Assembly: GCA_963693365.1 (NCBI GenBank)
Contig: CAVNZM010000006.1
Span: forward strand, 7,419,264-7,483,263
Length of the DNA: 64,000 bases
Reading direction: 5' to 3'
Source of the DNA: Amoebidium appalachense
Lineage: Eukaryota > Protista > Ichthyosporea
Shown here: positions 33,031 through 59,676 of the stretch, in pieces
Layout: each line of letters begins with the position of its first letter
Numbering within the stretch: position 1 is the stretch's first letter
Position numbers and translations under genes: made by a program
The notes under the pieces: generated by a model
The model's database searches: none
What the model saw: the letters and a program-made list of their open reading frames with translations, nothing else
What the model was told of the DNA's origin: nothing

Positions 33031-34899
33031 ATGCCTCTCAATCTTTTCTTGCGCGAGCACGAGAAGAGGAATGTGGCGGAATGGACGTATGTTATGGAGG
33101 ACAAATCCATCAGCACTAAGATACTCAATCCAATATGGGAGAGGCTGGTCATGTTGGTGCCAAAGACAGTGGCCCCTAATGTTTTGTCCCTCGGCGGCCT
33201 CATGTGCATCCTTCATGCATATTACATCACCTTGACTCTACAAACCTCATACCCAGGATTTGCCTCATTCTTTGCGGCTGTGCTTATATTTGCCTACCAA
33301 TGTCTAGACGCAATAGATGGGAAACATGCGCGCAACACTATGAATCAGAGTGCCGTCGGCGAGCTCTTCGACCAGGCATGCGACAACATCGGCGTTACTT
33401 TCTTGGTTCTCACCGTGTGTAGATGTCTTGATTTACACGACCTTGTCTCCGTATGGTTCCTTGTTCAAACGACACAGCTTCTCATGTTGCGAGTGCATTT
33501 CAAAGCGTGGCTAGACAGCGAGAGAACCGTTCGCTTCCGCCTCCTTACGGGGCCAGGGGAGGCGCTTCTTTTCGTTGAGGGAATCCTCATACTTCGGGGG
33601 GTTCTCGGCCTGGATTGGCTGTGGCATGTTTACCTTCGTGTTTTGGGTCTCATTGCCACATCGGTGGAGACATTCGTGCGTTTTTCGTGGGACCCCAACT
33701 TCGATCTGCCCGATGAGGAGGGTCTTGAGGACCAGCTGGCCAAGTTTGGCCCGAGGGTCATCTACCACATAGTTTTCATCTACTTGCTGGCAAAGATCTT
33801 GACTTGCAAGAAGGAACTCAAGTAAGTCCGGAGCACATCTTGTCACTACTTCCTTGATTTTCTCAACAGACCTCCCTCCCCCCCCCGCCCCCCTCCCCTC
33901 CCCCCTTCTTCCTCCCCCTTCCCCGCCCCCCCTTTCACCCCCCCTTGGGGTTGGTGCTTGGTTTTACAGGGATGGTGATCCGCTGTTGTTGCAGAAGTGT
34001 CTGATGGTTTTTTGTGATGTGGTATGTGTGGATAGGACGCCGTTGCTAGATAAGAAGGGGGGGGGGGGGGGAGGGGGCAAAAGCAATAGTGTTTGTGTAT
34101 GGGAGGGGAGGGGGGGTCTGGTTGGTTGGTTAGGAAGGGGGGGGAAGGAGGAATTGATCGTTTTTTATGCCTTCTTATCCTGCAACACCGTCTTCGGGTG
34201 GGTGTGCCGGCCCCAGGAGTGAAGGAAATGGTGTGCGGAACTGGGGGTGTATGTGCTGTTGGAAGGGGGGGGGGGGGGGGGGGGGGGGAATATCTGTCTG
34301 CCCATGGACATTTAGGGAAGCAGACCCGGGGGGGGGGGGGGGGGGGGGGGATACGGGCAGGTTTTTTGGGGGGGAGGGAGGGGGGGGGGGGGGGGGGGGG
34401 CGGGTATTGGACCACTTGATAGGGCATGTTGCCTTCCCTCATGGAGAAAAGACTTCTTTTTGGGGGGGGGGGGAGCAGAGGCATGGTTTGGAAAGGACGT
34501 GGAGGGGAGGAGAAGAAGGAAAAGGGACTTTACGGGGCTCTACAGAGGTCCCGTGTGTGTTTGCTTGTGTTAACGTGTATGAGCATGTGTGTGTGTGAGT
34601 GTGCTTGTATGCCCTTCAATTCCTGTTGTCATGGTGAAGTACTGGGGCTGGAGTCTGTTTGTTAATATCCTATGTTTCATCTTGTCGCATTTTTCATTCT
34701 CCCCTTCCCCCCCCCCCCCCCCCCCCCCCCCATCACTGCCCCTTATTCCACAGGGCCCCGTCCTAACGGCACACAATGCTGTCCCCTTTGACTTCATGAA
34801 TGTGGCGTGCATGTACATCCACTTTTTCTCCTCTCCGGTCGTTCACACTCGGCTCTCTCTCTCTCTCTCTCCCCCCCCCCCCCCCCCCCCTCTCTCTTC

Positions 34900-34996
<97 letters not shown>

Positions 34997-35038
34997 GTGT
35001 GTATCTGTCTCTCTCTCTTTCTCCTTCCCCTTCTGGCC

Positions 35039-35076
<38 letters not shown>

Positions 35077-35487
35077 CACCCCCCAACCCCCTCTCTCACC
35101 ATCCTCGTACTGCGTGCTGTTAACACAGTCCAAGCCCCCCATCATCTCGAGGATAGGCACTACTTGTGCTGCATCCTCTGCATGTGTGCAGTAATTTATC
35201 CCATGTGAATTTATGTTTCATCCTGTGCACCTTATTCTGACCCCCCTCTCTCTCTTCCCCCCCCCCCCCCCCCCCCGCCACACACACCTCCCCCCCCCCC
35301 CCCCTCCTCTGGCTTCCTTATCCCCTCTCCCCCCTCCCGTCGACCCTCTCCCTGGCAGCACTCCTGACAACCACACAAACACACACACACACACGCATCT
35401 ACGTACACATCCACAAATGCAAGCACATCTACACACACACCTGCACACACCTACACACATATTTACGACACCTACATGGGGCATGCA

Positions 35488-35519
<32 letters not shown>

Positions 35520-35696
35520 TCCCCCCTCTACCCCCCCCCCCCCCCCCCCCCCCCTCGCAGACACACACACACCCCACACACACATCCTGCCCTCCTCCCC
35601 TCCCCATTCCCCCCGCCGCCCCTCCTCTCCTCTCCCCTCCCTCCCGCCCCCACCACCCCCCCCCTCCCGTCTCCCCTCCCCTCCCCCCTCCCCACC

Positions 35697-35748
<52 letters not shown>

Positions 35749-37027
35749 AGGTTCGTCGACCCAACCACACACGAACCCACGGGGGAGACCCTCCCGACCA
35801 CCCCAACCAAATGGGCAATCTGTCTCTGTTTCATGTACCGCTACCTCCCCTCCCTCCTTTTGTGGGTCCCCGGCCTCGCGATCTTCACGGACGATCTACG
35901 CGAGATCGACGTAATCTGCGATGGTGTTTTGATGTCTATCTTGACTTCGGATATCATATTGGCTAAGATGGCGCGTCGGAACGTACACCAATGGGTGACC
36001 ATCATCTACATGCTCTCGGTTTTTGATAGGATGGCGTGTTTGGGTCTTGTCGCGTTGTATTTCGGCGCCGTTTTCGGCGATCTGTGCACGTACATGAACC
36101 TACCGTTACTCACGACGAACACGAACGTTTACTGCGATGGGGTGTATGATTTGTGTCACGTTGGGCATAAAAATTTGTTTAAGGCGGCGTTGAAATTTGG
36201 GACGAGGTTGTGTGTTGGTGTGGTGGGGGATAACGACGCAAAGAACTACAAGCGGCCGCCTATTATGAATATGGAGGAGAGGGCAGCGGAGGTACGTGTG
36301 TGTGTTTGGGGAGGGTGGGTGTTTGGGGGGTGGTGAGGGGGGGATGTGTGGGTGGGGGGTGGTGAGGGGGGGATGTGTGGGTGGGGGGTGGTGAGGGGGG
36401 GAGGTGAGGGGGGGGGGTTGATGAGTGTGGGTGTGTGGGGGGGGGGGAGGTGGTGTGTGTGTGTGAGGGGGGGGGGGGGGGATGGTTTGGGGGAGGAGGG
36501 GGGGAGGGGGGGAGGGGTTGGTTGTGGGAAAGAAAGGGGTTTTGGGGGGGGGGGGGGGGGGAGAGGTTGGGTGTGGTGGGGGGGGGGAGGAAGGTGGGTT
36601 GGGGTGGGTGGGTATGTGTGTGTGTGTGTGGGAAGGGGGGGGGGGGGGGGGGGTGGACGGGTGTGCGATTGTGGGGGTGTGGTTGTGTATGGGGAGGAGG
36701 GGGGGGGGGGGGGGTTGCTGAAGGGGGGAGGGGAAGTGGGGATGAATGTGTGTGGTGTGCGTGTTGGGGGAGGAGGGGCCGGAGAGGAGGTACGGGGAGG
36801 GGGGGGGGGGGGGTTTGGATGTGGGAAGGGGTTGGGGGGGCGCGGGGGGGGGGGGGGGGGGGGGGGGGGGGGAAGGGTGTAGATGGTTGAGTTGTTGGAT
36901 GGGTGTGTGTGTGTGTGTGTGTGTGCATGTGTGTGGGTGTGTACTTGTGGGTGTGTATTTGTAGGTGTGTGGGTGGGTAGGCGGATGGGTAGGTTTGTTC
37001 ATGTGTGGGTGGGTGGGTGGGTGGGTG

Positions 37028-37074
<47 letters not shown>

Positions 37075-37882
37075 GGGGCGCATGTGGTGTGCACGGATGG
37101 TTGGCTAGGTAGGTGGGTCGGGGTGAGTGTCGTGTGTGTATATGTACGTGTGTGGGTGTGGGCATGTTTGCGTGTAGGTTTTGCCTGGCTTCTTTTTTGT
37201 TGATTTCTCTTGTTCCTATGCCGATTTGTTTGCCGTGTGTTGAATGTTGGTTGGATGGCCATCCTATATGTGGAATTTGTGCTTCATAGTCAACTATTTT
37301 TATGGGGGAGGTGGGTTGGCTATGCTTGAGAAGACTCCTCGTGGATACAATATATGTCGCAATCTCAAAAAAAATTGAATGGACCAATGATTTGCGCGCG
37401 ATCCCACCGATTAGCCAAATATAGTATTTTTAGCGGGAAGTTTTGGGCCAAAAAAATGCTTATATGAAACAACTGAAGGAGCATGAATAGTGATGGTTTA
37501 TGTGAAGTGTGGATGTATGGGTAAATTGACGAGAAAGCTATTCCGGGCAGCCAATCAGCTGTGTAGGTCAATCACGAACCATTTATTGAACGCTGTATGG
37601 GTCGCCCACGGTGTGTGTAGAATTTGTGGAATGCTGATGGTATGCATGGAATGCAGTTGCGATGCTGACGGTATGTGTGGAATGTGTGCAGGTAGAGGGG
37701 TGCAAGGGTGTGCACAAGGTGATCCGCAACTGCCCGTGCTTTGGCATCACCATGGAGTTCATTGAGGAACATATGATCCATGTTGTGGCTCACGGCAAGG
37801 AGTACACGGCACTGGGGGAGAACGAGGATTTGATGGTGCAGGTGTGTACGTGTGTGAGGGTTTTGGGAGTGTGTGTGTGTAT

Positions 37883-37924
<42 letters not shown>

Positions 37925-38364
37925 GCTGGCAGGTGTGTGCGTGTGTGTGTCTGAGAGAGAGAAGGGCAGGGTTTTTTTTTTTTTTTTGGGGGGGGGGGGG
38001 GGGGCAGGTGTGTGTCTGTGTGTGTGTGTGGGGGGGGGGGGGGAGGAGTGTGTGGGGTTGTGTGCGTCTGCGTGTGGGTTGGGGGGGAGGAAAGGGACGA
38101 GGGGGCCGGTGGGGGTTGGGGGAGAGGGGGGAGTTCGTGGGTGTGTGTGTTGGGGGGGAGAGGGGGGATTAGGTGTGTTTGTGTGTGTGGGGGGGGAGGG
38201 GGGGTGCGGGTGTGGGTGTGGATGTCGGTGTGGGTGTCTGGCAAGGAGTATACGACCTTGGGTGAGAGCGGGGATTTGTTGGTGCAGGTGTGTGTGTGCG
38301 CGTGTGTGTGTGCCTGTTGGTGCGTAGCGTGAGCGGGTGTATATGTGAGCCAGGGTATGTGTGT

Positions 38365-38404
<40 letters not shown>

Positions 38405-38843
38405 GTGTGTGCGCGTGGGTGTGTAGGTGAGATGATTTGTGTACGTGCATGACCATAACAACAACAACAGTAACTATCTACATGTATGCTCACAGCAGCA
38501 ATTATCTACATGTATACTCACATAAAAATAACAAAAGTATTTATCTACATGTATACTCACATGAACAAAGAAACACTAACAATAACACATTTTCCTTCCC
38601 CAGTTGGAATCAGCAAAGAGCAAAGGCGACAAAGCCACTGTGGAAGAACTCGAAAAGAAAATCGCATACAACGCTGCGAAAGCAAACGGGGACCTAAAAG
38701 TTTTGAGCGACCGGGGAGAGAAATACTACAAGATACCCTATGAGTTGGGAATAACGGAGATTCTGCCTAGGACTGGGGGGATGAGTACGTCGGAACTTAT
38801 CAAGAGGTGTAAGGCTGTTCCTGATGGAAGAAAGGATAAGTAG
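33031..38843 (+). CDS. Fusion protein: CDP-alcohol phosphotransferase (choline/ethanolamine phosphotransferase-like) + C-terminal HxGH cytidylyltransferase, ~573 aa
   Basis: Exons 33031-33821, 35751-36291, 37692-37841, 38604-38843 join in frame (1722 nt, all GT-AG). N-part: VPKTVAPNVLSLGGL, CDP-alcohol motif DAIDGKHARNTMNQSAVGELFDQACD, several TM segments. C-part: VYCDGVYDLCHVGH, YKRPPIMNMEER, VVAHG, YY, PRTGGMSTSELIKR. A possible acceptor at 33000 leaves room for an extra upstream exon. Confidence 0.9.
37365..37465 (+). mobile_element. Dispersed intronic repeat, copy 1 (inverted relative to the copy at ~61700-61800)
   Basis: atggaccaatgatttgcgcgcgatcccaccgattagccaaatatag...gcgggaagtttt matches the reverse complement of aaaacttcccgc...ctatatttggctaatcgtgtgatcgcgcgaaaataattggtccat at ~61720-61785. 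Confidence 0.65.
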
Positions 38844-39192
38844 CGTGGGCAGGTTTTGTTTTTGTGTGATTTGTTTTGTTTTGTTTTGTTTTGTTTGCCT
38901 GGTGGAGTCGGAACGTTTTTTTTTTGTTTTTTGTTTTTTTTTTTGTTTTGTTTTTTGTGTGTGTGTGTGTGTGTGTAGTCGTGGTGTTGGTGGCGGTTGC
39001 ACTCGTGTCTTTGGCTGTGTTTGAGAGTTTCCAAGTTGATGCGTAGTAAGAGTCGTTTCGTGGGTCGGTGTGTCGAAGGTTTGCAGGGCGTCGGTTGTGG
39101 TATGATATTTTGATTTCGTTAGGGTTTGATGGACATCTTTTTGTGTGCCCGTGTCTGTGTATGCGTGTGGGTGTCATCCATAAGCGGGAGGG

Positions 39193-39230
<38 letters not shown>

Positions 39231-39593
39231 TGATGAACTAGAATCGAACGCGTGGTACTGTTGGCTACTTGCGGTAACGGTAAGGATGCTGGTTCGCGTT
39301 TATCTATAGAACTACCATATATGGCTTATCGGTATGCATGTGAATGCAAATCGATACTTCGGGTTTCACGTGTTTTAGCATCTGCAAAAACCTTAATTTA
39401 ACCCTCACTCCTTTTATCACTTTGGCATCATAGCACTCTCAATCTATTTCCATATATAGCCCATCATGAATGTCCTCGTTCCAAATCTAGCCCATCATAA
39501 AATGGAATATAGATCTATCTGATACAAAACACTTGCACACTATAATCGCGTTTTCTATTTCGCTGTCTCAATATATACCTCGGCGGTGCCCGG

Positions 39594-39634
<41 letters not shown>

Positions 39635-39695
39635 AAATGGTGAAGGTATTAAAGAAGATTAAAGTCAAACGTAGGGCTGCTGGTTCAGTCCTATG

Positions 39696-39775
39696 ACTTG
39701 CTTTAACGGCTGAAGTGTTAATACTTGCTTTAACGGCTGGAGTATCAATACTTGCACTAAGGGCTGGAGTATCGA
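39696..39775. repeat. 27-bp tandem repeat, 3 copies, intergenic
   Basis: atacttgctttaacggctggagtatca and two variants. Confidence 0.8.
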
Positions 39776-40479
39776 TAACAATTACTACCATTTATGGTAG
39801 TGTGTGTCGGATATCTGAATGGTTTGTATGCCATATATTACTATAATCAATTGTGTGACAGACAAGAATATCGCAGCCGATATCGATAGTCTGAAATGGT
39901 GCCTTGTATATATGCACGTTCCACGGCCGCGGGGTAGAGAAAAATAATATCCCGCGACCTTATTGTAGCGGTCAATGTCGAGGGGGTGTCGCGTTACATG
40001 TGCGACGGAGTTTTTCATATTTAGATCTCGAGTTTGCACCATGTGTGCAAAGAACCCCTGCCGCAGTGAACAGCATACGTAAGGTCTAATTAGCCCATCA
40101 TCAGTATTTCTTACAAAAGTCCTTTATCGACAAGACATATGTGAAGGCAAGACATGGAGGGAAGCGTTAACACATGGATCCCTGATCGAATGGCTGGTTT
40201 TGCCTATATATGGTTTTGCCTATATATGGTCTTCACTTCTCATCACGTGTTCCATGTCGTTGTCTCAATAGTATACACCTCCGGCTGGGGGAGGATCCAT
40301 CGAGGGGGGGGGGGGGGGGGGGGGGGACTGCACTTCAAGTGCTTACGTGCTTACCGTTCCCAAACGAAAAAAGGTCTTCCGTTGTTGCCTGCTTGTTGCC
40401 TTGCGCAAGCTGCGTTGTTTGGATGGTGGGTGGGTGGGTGGTGGTGGACGCCGCCCGAATGGCATCCGGGTCACGGGGC

Positions 40480-40512
<33 letters not shown>

Positions 40513-41850
40513 GGAAGTGAAATGGTGAAGACTTTTAAGAAATTTCAAAGTAAAATCGGCGGTTTTGAGTTCAACTACGAGCACAAGGAAAAGGCCTCAG
40601 TTATACATTCTAAGCCGTTACAATAGGGGAATCGACATATCATCCTTCGATAAAGTTCGCCCGTGTTGGCAAGGCAGTCGGTCGATGACGGTCGGAGGAA
40701 ATTGTATTGGGGTAGCTGGGTGGGGTGTTTTTTTTCTTTTTTTTCCGTGGTGGGGGGGAGGGGGGGGGGGGGGGGGGGGGTACTGTAACCGCTGGCCGGG
40801 CGATCTATAAACGATTTAGTTATTATTTTAAAAAGAACGTTAAAACAGTCTCAAATTGAAAAATTACATTATAAAAAAATACCCAGAGGCACCCGCAAAA
40901 TGCGATTGGCCGGCTTGGTATTTTGTTTTATTTCTTCGGGACAAGGCCGTCCAGATTATGCAAACGAGGGAATCTAAGTTAATGTGTGACAGTTTGGTTA
41001 CAGAATGTGTATTCGTTCCAAACTTGAGGGCCAAAACTTACGTCTTGGACGTTTATAGAGGAGCCGTGAATACGTACGATACAGTTAACTATATATTTAA
41101 TGTTAACTATATATTGAAAAACTTAACCGCTATATCATGCTGTGCTCCGTGCACCCATTGCATTTCATAGAGACCTTGCCAACTGAATTGTGGTGGTGAA
41201 AACCGAAAAAAAACCAAAAAAAACCATTGCATTTCATAGAGAAGACCTTGCGAACTGAATTGTGGTGGTGGAAAAAAAAAAAAAAAAAAAAAAAAAAAAG
41301 GTTTTTTTTGGGTATTGCTGTGTGTGCGTGTGCGGAAATTTGTTGAAGGGAGAAAAAAACTATAGCCAACCACAGGCTAAAAGTAAATGTTGGAATGCCC
41401 TAATTTGGAAACTAAAAGTGGGGAGATGAAAGGAAAACCACGTATACAGGAGAACAAAACACTGATCCTATTTATGGGGGGGGAAAATATGCATGTTAAC
41501 GCGGGGATGTGGAAAAACCACCTATAGTAACTCTACCATTACAGCCCCTTCATTTATGTAAATTAGCACACGCCCTTTCCATCACGACAATACAAAAGCA
41601 GCTAATATTAGCTATAGATTATTGCTATATATAGTTAAGGTTACACAGTAACAGAAACACACACAGGCACACATACAGACGCACACACACACACACCTAC
41701 ACAAAAACAAACACACACACGCACACACCTACCGTGACACACCATTTATATATCATGGTCAAATTTTTCCTGCTAAGCCGAGAAATACACTATTCTGTGA
41801 TCAGGTGTGATCTGTGGCCAATCAACATATCAAAGTTGATTTGTAGCCAA

Positions 41851-53820
<11,970 letters not shown>

Positions 53821-55345
53821 GGTTTCGCCCCTCCTCTTCCTTCCTTTCCAAATGATCGCTGGTATATTATTATGTAGAGACTATGACTCTACCTATGTTA
53901 CTCTCTGAGGTGGTGTAAACAGGGATGGGAACATGAACTTGTGTGTCTGTCTGTGCTTGCAGCATGAGCTTCTAGGTATACACAAAACGAACAGGAAGGC
54001 TTAGCAGAGACGTCAGTGTTCACTATGGCGTAAAATAAATCTTTTTTTCATGCGTTTGCCCTTACACACAGTAGCCACCATGCGCTTGTGTACCGTGTAC
54101 TCGCCAAACCTTGTTTTGATTTTATGGGCTGCATTCCATTGGAACGTTCAAACGAGGTAATTGGTCACTTCGGTATGCATTTACATGCCGGAATTCGCTT
54201 TTTCCTCGAAGCTGGGCTCGAGGCTCGATGTTGAACGCTCAAGCTGCCAATTCTGCCAGCGTCATACATAAATATGACCAGCAGTGGAATATTTATTGTA
54301 GTTAATTATTTTGCTTCTCAATGCTATGCCTGATATGCAGATATTCAAGTTGAAATGGGTGCATATATATCATTTTCACATGCACGGGTGCTTCGTCAAA
54401 ATCTATGTAGGGCGGAGTTTTTGGAAAGTTGGAATGCGATATTTTATCAACATATGTTGATTGGCGCAAATTAATGCCGGAATGTACAAAATGCGGCAAT
54501 GTATAGAGTTTTACTTGAAGCAAACGGGAGCCTTGAACCGAGTAACGAAGAAGCACCTGTTGACTGTGAAGGCTGAAAGTAAACAAGGGAAGTTTTGCTG
54601 TATTGAATGAAGGCTGTTTTCTGGGGTTTGTATGAAATTTTCAAATAAAAGAGCCCAAAACTTCTAGATCTAAAACTTGCCTTTTTCCCGCCGTCTTCAT
54701 AGACCTACAGACCACAATAAACGTCTGGGCGCGGGCGCAGGAGACAGGACTCCCGGGTCAGCCCGGCGGCGGAGCAGTAAATTTTAAATTAATTGTAGAA
54801 AATTAGTTTAAATTTGCCTCACATAATGCTATCATGCTGCTGTTTTAGCCTACTGTTTCGCTGTTTGGAAAACCACACTTTCCCTATTCAAACACAGCAG
54901 AGGCTCTCTCCACAGCAAACACACACCATCGCCTCCGCATGGGTGTGCAGAGTTCCTTCACCGTCTCCCACACACGGACTCTATAACTGGCGTAGTTTGG
55001 GTTCCCTCGCAATTTAGTTCTCTCACTAAATTAACACATACGCACACGCAAAAAACTTTCACCCACCCACCTTTTGGAGCTAGGAAAACTGATGTTTCTG
55101 TCCTAGTGGATCCATCAATTTGTAGATGTCAAGCACGCATGTTCGGCCCTTGAGTATAGTGCAACCTTAATCCCGTACGTGGTTCATTTCATCAAGGGAA
55201 ATTGGTGTACGGGACTCATGTTCCGAAGGATCAACCAAAACACCCACATGTTCCCACAAACAGAGTCCACTGTTTGTTGAAGCCCTGAAGCTAGCCTCAG
55301 TAAACAAAGCACACACATACATCACAACCAAACGCACACTTTACC
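53821..55345. promoter_or_regulatory. Candidate bidirectional promoter between the two receptor paralogs
   Basis: 1.5-kb repeat-poor interval between divergent ATGs at 53820 (minus) and 55346 (plus). Positional inference only. Confidence 0.45.
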
Positions 55346-56589
55346 ATGGGGCCAATAAGGGACGGCCTGGCCCGGCTGGGCTGGTTGACCCTTTTTGTAG
55401 GCATGGCGTATGCAGGTCTGTTGCCTAGCAGGCAGATTGCCATCAACACCAAGAACTACGCAGAGCAGGAAACGCTGGTAAACAGATCAGGTACGGACGG
55501 TTTTCTCCCTCGGGTCGTGTAGCAGTTTTGTTTGCCTCTCTCGTGTCATGTTGTGGAGAATTGTAATTTTGGTGGAATCAGAGAAGCGGTAAAGCGGCGA
55601 AGCGGTTTTGATTTTTCATGATGCTGACGGGAAGTTAGGGTCAGATGTATTTAGATAAGTCGTTCATGCTCGTTTCTCTTGGGTTTCAACAACACAACTC
55701 TGCTGCAGATTGGTTGCATATACCGCAGTATCGTGTTAACATGTTTTATATTGAGGGCATGTTGGCGCAGATGGGATAGTCAGTAATGAACGTGTTACTC
55801 GCACCTGGGCTCTAGTTCTGTTGTGGCGGTGTAAAGCCTGTGGACGTACGAAGAAAATCCCATTTCTAGTTTTCCTTTACCACTCGGACTCCATCTACCA
55901 TGTCAGCTGACAGCATAATCACTAAATTAACACATAACCATTTGGCACCTTAGTGAAAGCCATGAAGCAGAAGAACAAACCGTTTACACTGAATACTCAC
56001 ACGACTTTTGCCGTTTGGCATTGAATCTCCCGTGTCACTGTTTCGCCCCACAACATGCGTCTTGTCAAGCCAGATCGAACACAAGCACATAAACCAGTGA
56101 AAAAGGAAAATGACAGGGCCAAACAGTCAACTTTCATGCATAATACACGGTACGCTACCAACAGTCAACACGGCGGGTTTTTTTTTGGTTATCTGTGCCG
56201 TAGGCATCCCTCCCCAGTTTTCTTACCCCTCCTCCCTCCCCTCCCCCCCCCCCCCCCTCCCCCTCCCACCTCCCTTTTGGCCACCTTTCTTTGACCTGTC
56301 GTCTGCGTGCGCGCGCGCGCGCGCACACACACACACACACACAGCACGCGCAACCCCCCCCCCCCCCCCCCCCCCCCCCTCCCCTCCCCCCCCCCTTCCA
56401 AACACACGCACTCACATTCACTCTCTTTTTTCCTTCCTCTTTTCTTCAGTTACTGTGCTTGAAGCAGTGGGTAAAGGTATGACAGCCGAGTTCGTACGTG
56501 CATGGGTTAACCTGACGGTGCTGAGTGACGAGAAGGTCTTTGGTGCTGCCGTGGCCTTCGAACCAAGACCAGGTTTTGTATGCGCCCCC

Positions 56590-56620
<31 letters not shown>

Positions 56621-57092
56621 AAAAGAAAAAAGCAACAGTACACATCCAAAAAGAGCCCGTGAGAGAATAAGGGTTGGGGGGGGGGGGGGGGGAGAAGAGA
56701 GGGGAGGGGGAGGAGAGGGAGGGAAGGAGAGGGAGAGAGTCAGAGAGAGAGAGAGTGTGTGTGTGTGTGTACACTGCCTTATTGCTTCTTGCAGTGAAAA
56801 ATATGTGCCTGTTAAAGTTTCTCCCCTGGTGATTTTTTCTATTAGTCTTTCGAGGGGGAGGGGGAGGGGGCTAGGGGGGGGGGGGGGGGGGGGGGGGATG
56901 GACGAGGAGGGGGAAGTAGGTTAACAAAAACCGGAGTCATAAATGCCTGTTATGAACATGATTGTGTGTGTGTGTGTGTGGTGGTGGTGGTGGTGGTGGT
57001 GGGGGTGGGGGGGGGGGGGGGGCTGGTTCTGGGGTTCTGGTGTACACTGTAGGGCACCACCATAAACTCAGTCGGAGCCACGCATCATGAAG

Positions 57093-57134
<42 letters not shown>

Positions 57135-57716
57135 ATTCACTCATTCTATTTATTCCTCGTCATCTTCCTTCTCCGCTCCCCCCTCCCCCCTCCCCCCCCT
57201 CCCCCCCGTCCCTTCCCTACTCCCCTCTCCCTTGCCTTCCTAATCCCAACCCCTACCCGACCCGACTCCCCCCCCCCCTCCCCCCTCCTTCCCTTCCCTC
57301 CCTTCCTCCCTCCCCCCCCCCCCCCCCCCAAAAAAAAAACAACAAATAACTCCTACCCCACCCTAGCCCACTCCACCTCCCCCCGCCCCTCCCAACACCC
57401 CTTCCTTCGGCCCCTCCCTCCCCCTCCCATCACCTCCCCCTCCTTTCCCCACGCCCCCACCTTCCGTTCCCTCCCCCACCACACCACAGCTTCCGCGAAA
57501 CCCCGAAACCAAGAAAAACCTCAATCCGTACTTCTTTGCGCCCTACGTCTCCCGTCCTGTGAGCCCTGATGGCAAGGTTTTGCGTGAGGGAGATATGGAC
57601 TATGTTGATTTGGGGACTGCGTACAACTACTCTGATGCGCAGTGGTACCAAACACCAAGACAGCAATTTTATTCAAAGAGGACGAGGGCGGAAAAATCGA
57701 CGGTTGGCGTAAGTGA

Positions 57717-57758
<42 letters not shown>

Positions 57759-57917
57759 TGTGTGTCTGTGTGTGTGTGTGTCTGTGTGTGTGTGTGTCTG
57801 TGTGTGTGTGTGTGTGTGTATGTGTGTGTGTATGGATATATGGATAATGCGCTCTGTTTTGCGCGTGCAATTTCATTTCGCCCATACACACATACAGATA
57901 TACGTGCATGCAAATCT

Positions 57918-57957
<40 letters not shown>

Positions 57958-57961
57958 GCGC

Positions 57962-58037
<76 letters not shown>

Positions 58038-58981
58038 CAAACAGACATCATTGTTCTTTTTTATCAAGAAAGGTTCTGCCGAAGCATTATTTGATGCATA
58101 CAAGAGCGAGGTCAAAAGGTCGAAACTTAGGCTCATCCTTATGCAAGCCCTATCTTTTCTCTCTCTCTCTGCCCCTCCCCCCCCCCCCTAAAAAAAATAT
58201 AAAAAAATAAAACAAAAATAATGAATAAAAAGAAAGAAAGAAAAGAAAAAGAGAAGAAAAATACACGCATACATTTCTCGCATTGTTTCCCCCCCCCCCC
58301 CCTCCCCCCGCCCCCCACCTTTTACACACGTACTCGAAGGTACTCACCCAACTCTCCTTCCTCCCCCCCCCCCCCCCCCCCCCCTCCCCCCCCCCCCACA
58401 CACACACACACTCACCGACACAAGCATACACACACCCACACCCACATAAGACACATGCGGATACGCGTATACACACACACACCCCCTTACATACACACAC
58501 ACACACGCACACACACACGCGTACACACACACACACACCCTTACGTACACACACACACACGTACACACACACACGTACACACACACTCAAATACAGTACT
58601 GGACCATGGCGTATTTCGACGACGGAGGCGGAAACATTTGGATGGTTACCTACTCCCGCCCATTTATGATGTCTGCTGATAATGAAACTATGCGAGGAAT
58701 TACAACTATGGATATTTCTCTCGATGATATTGATATAAACATGTGTCTGCCCGGGAGAAAGAATCTTTGCAAGGAGGAATACCCTACGTGCAATCACATC
58801 AAGGGGCAGGGCCAGGTGCAGACGGCGTACACGTGCTGCATGGAGGGGTACGTACGTGTGTGTGTACGTGTATGCGTGTGTGTACGTGTGTGTGTGTGTG
58901 TGTACGTGTATTCGTGTGTGTACGTGTACGCGCTCGTGTGTGTATGTACATGTGGTTGTGCGTACTTGTGTATACGTGTGC

Positions 58982-59048
<67 letters not shown>

Positions 59049-59631
59049 CGCGCGTGTGTGTGTACGTATGTATACGTGTACGTGTGAGCTTTAGTAGACA
59101 TTGCGTGTGTGTGTATATGTACGTGTTCCAACCTCCCCCCCCCCCCCCCCCCCCTCCTCCTCCTCCCCAGCCCCTCATCATTAAATCCAATGAGTTGTTT
59201 TATTGCAGCTAATATTTATCTAAATCTGAATTCAATCTCCCCCTCCCAGGTGTCTCAACTGTGTGCTACCCAACGTTAGTCTGTCACTCAGCACTGTGTA
59301 TCGTAACGGCAACTATTGCAAGGAGGCAGACAAGGCAAACAATTACGTCATCTACAAGAACAAGTCCGTCCCCTCAGAGGAATTTCGTATGGAAACCCCC
59401 CCCCCCCCCCCCGTCCTCCCCTCAAAAAACCCCTTCTTGAACTTCAGCGACGATCACCGTGGTTTGCTAAAAATAATTCTCTTGTATGAATCCAACTCTC
59501 TTCGCATATAACCCCCCTCCATGTCCTCCTCCCCCTTCTTTCCGGAAGTCCCCAAGTAGATTTCTAACGGATCCTCTCATTCCCCTATCCGCCTGAGATC
59601 CGGATTCCCAAATTGGTTTTCCCGATTTTCC

Positions 59632-59676
<45 letters not shown>

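Noticed and set aside
54302-54586. 94-aa ORF between the receptor genes
   Set aside because: Non-ATG start and no recognisable motif.
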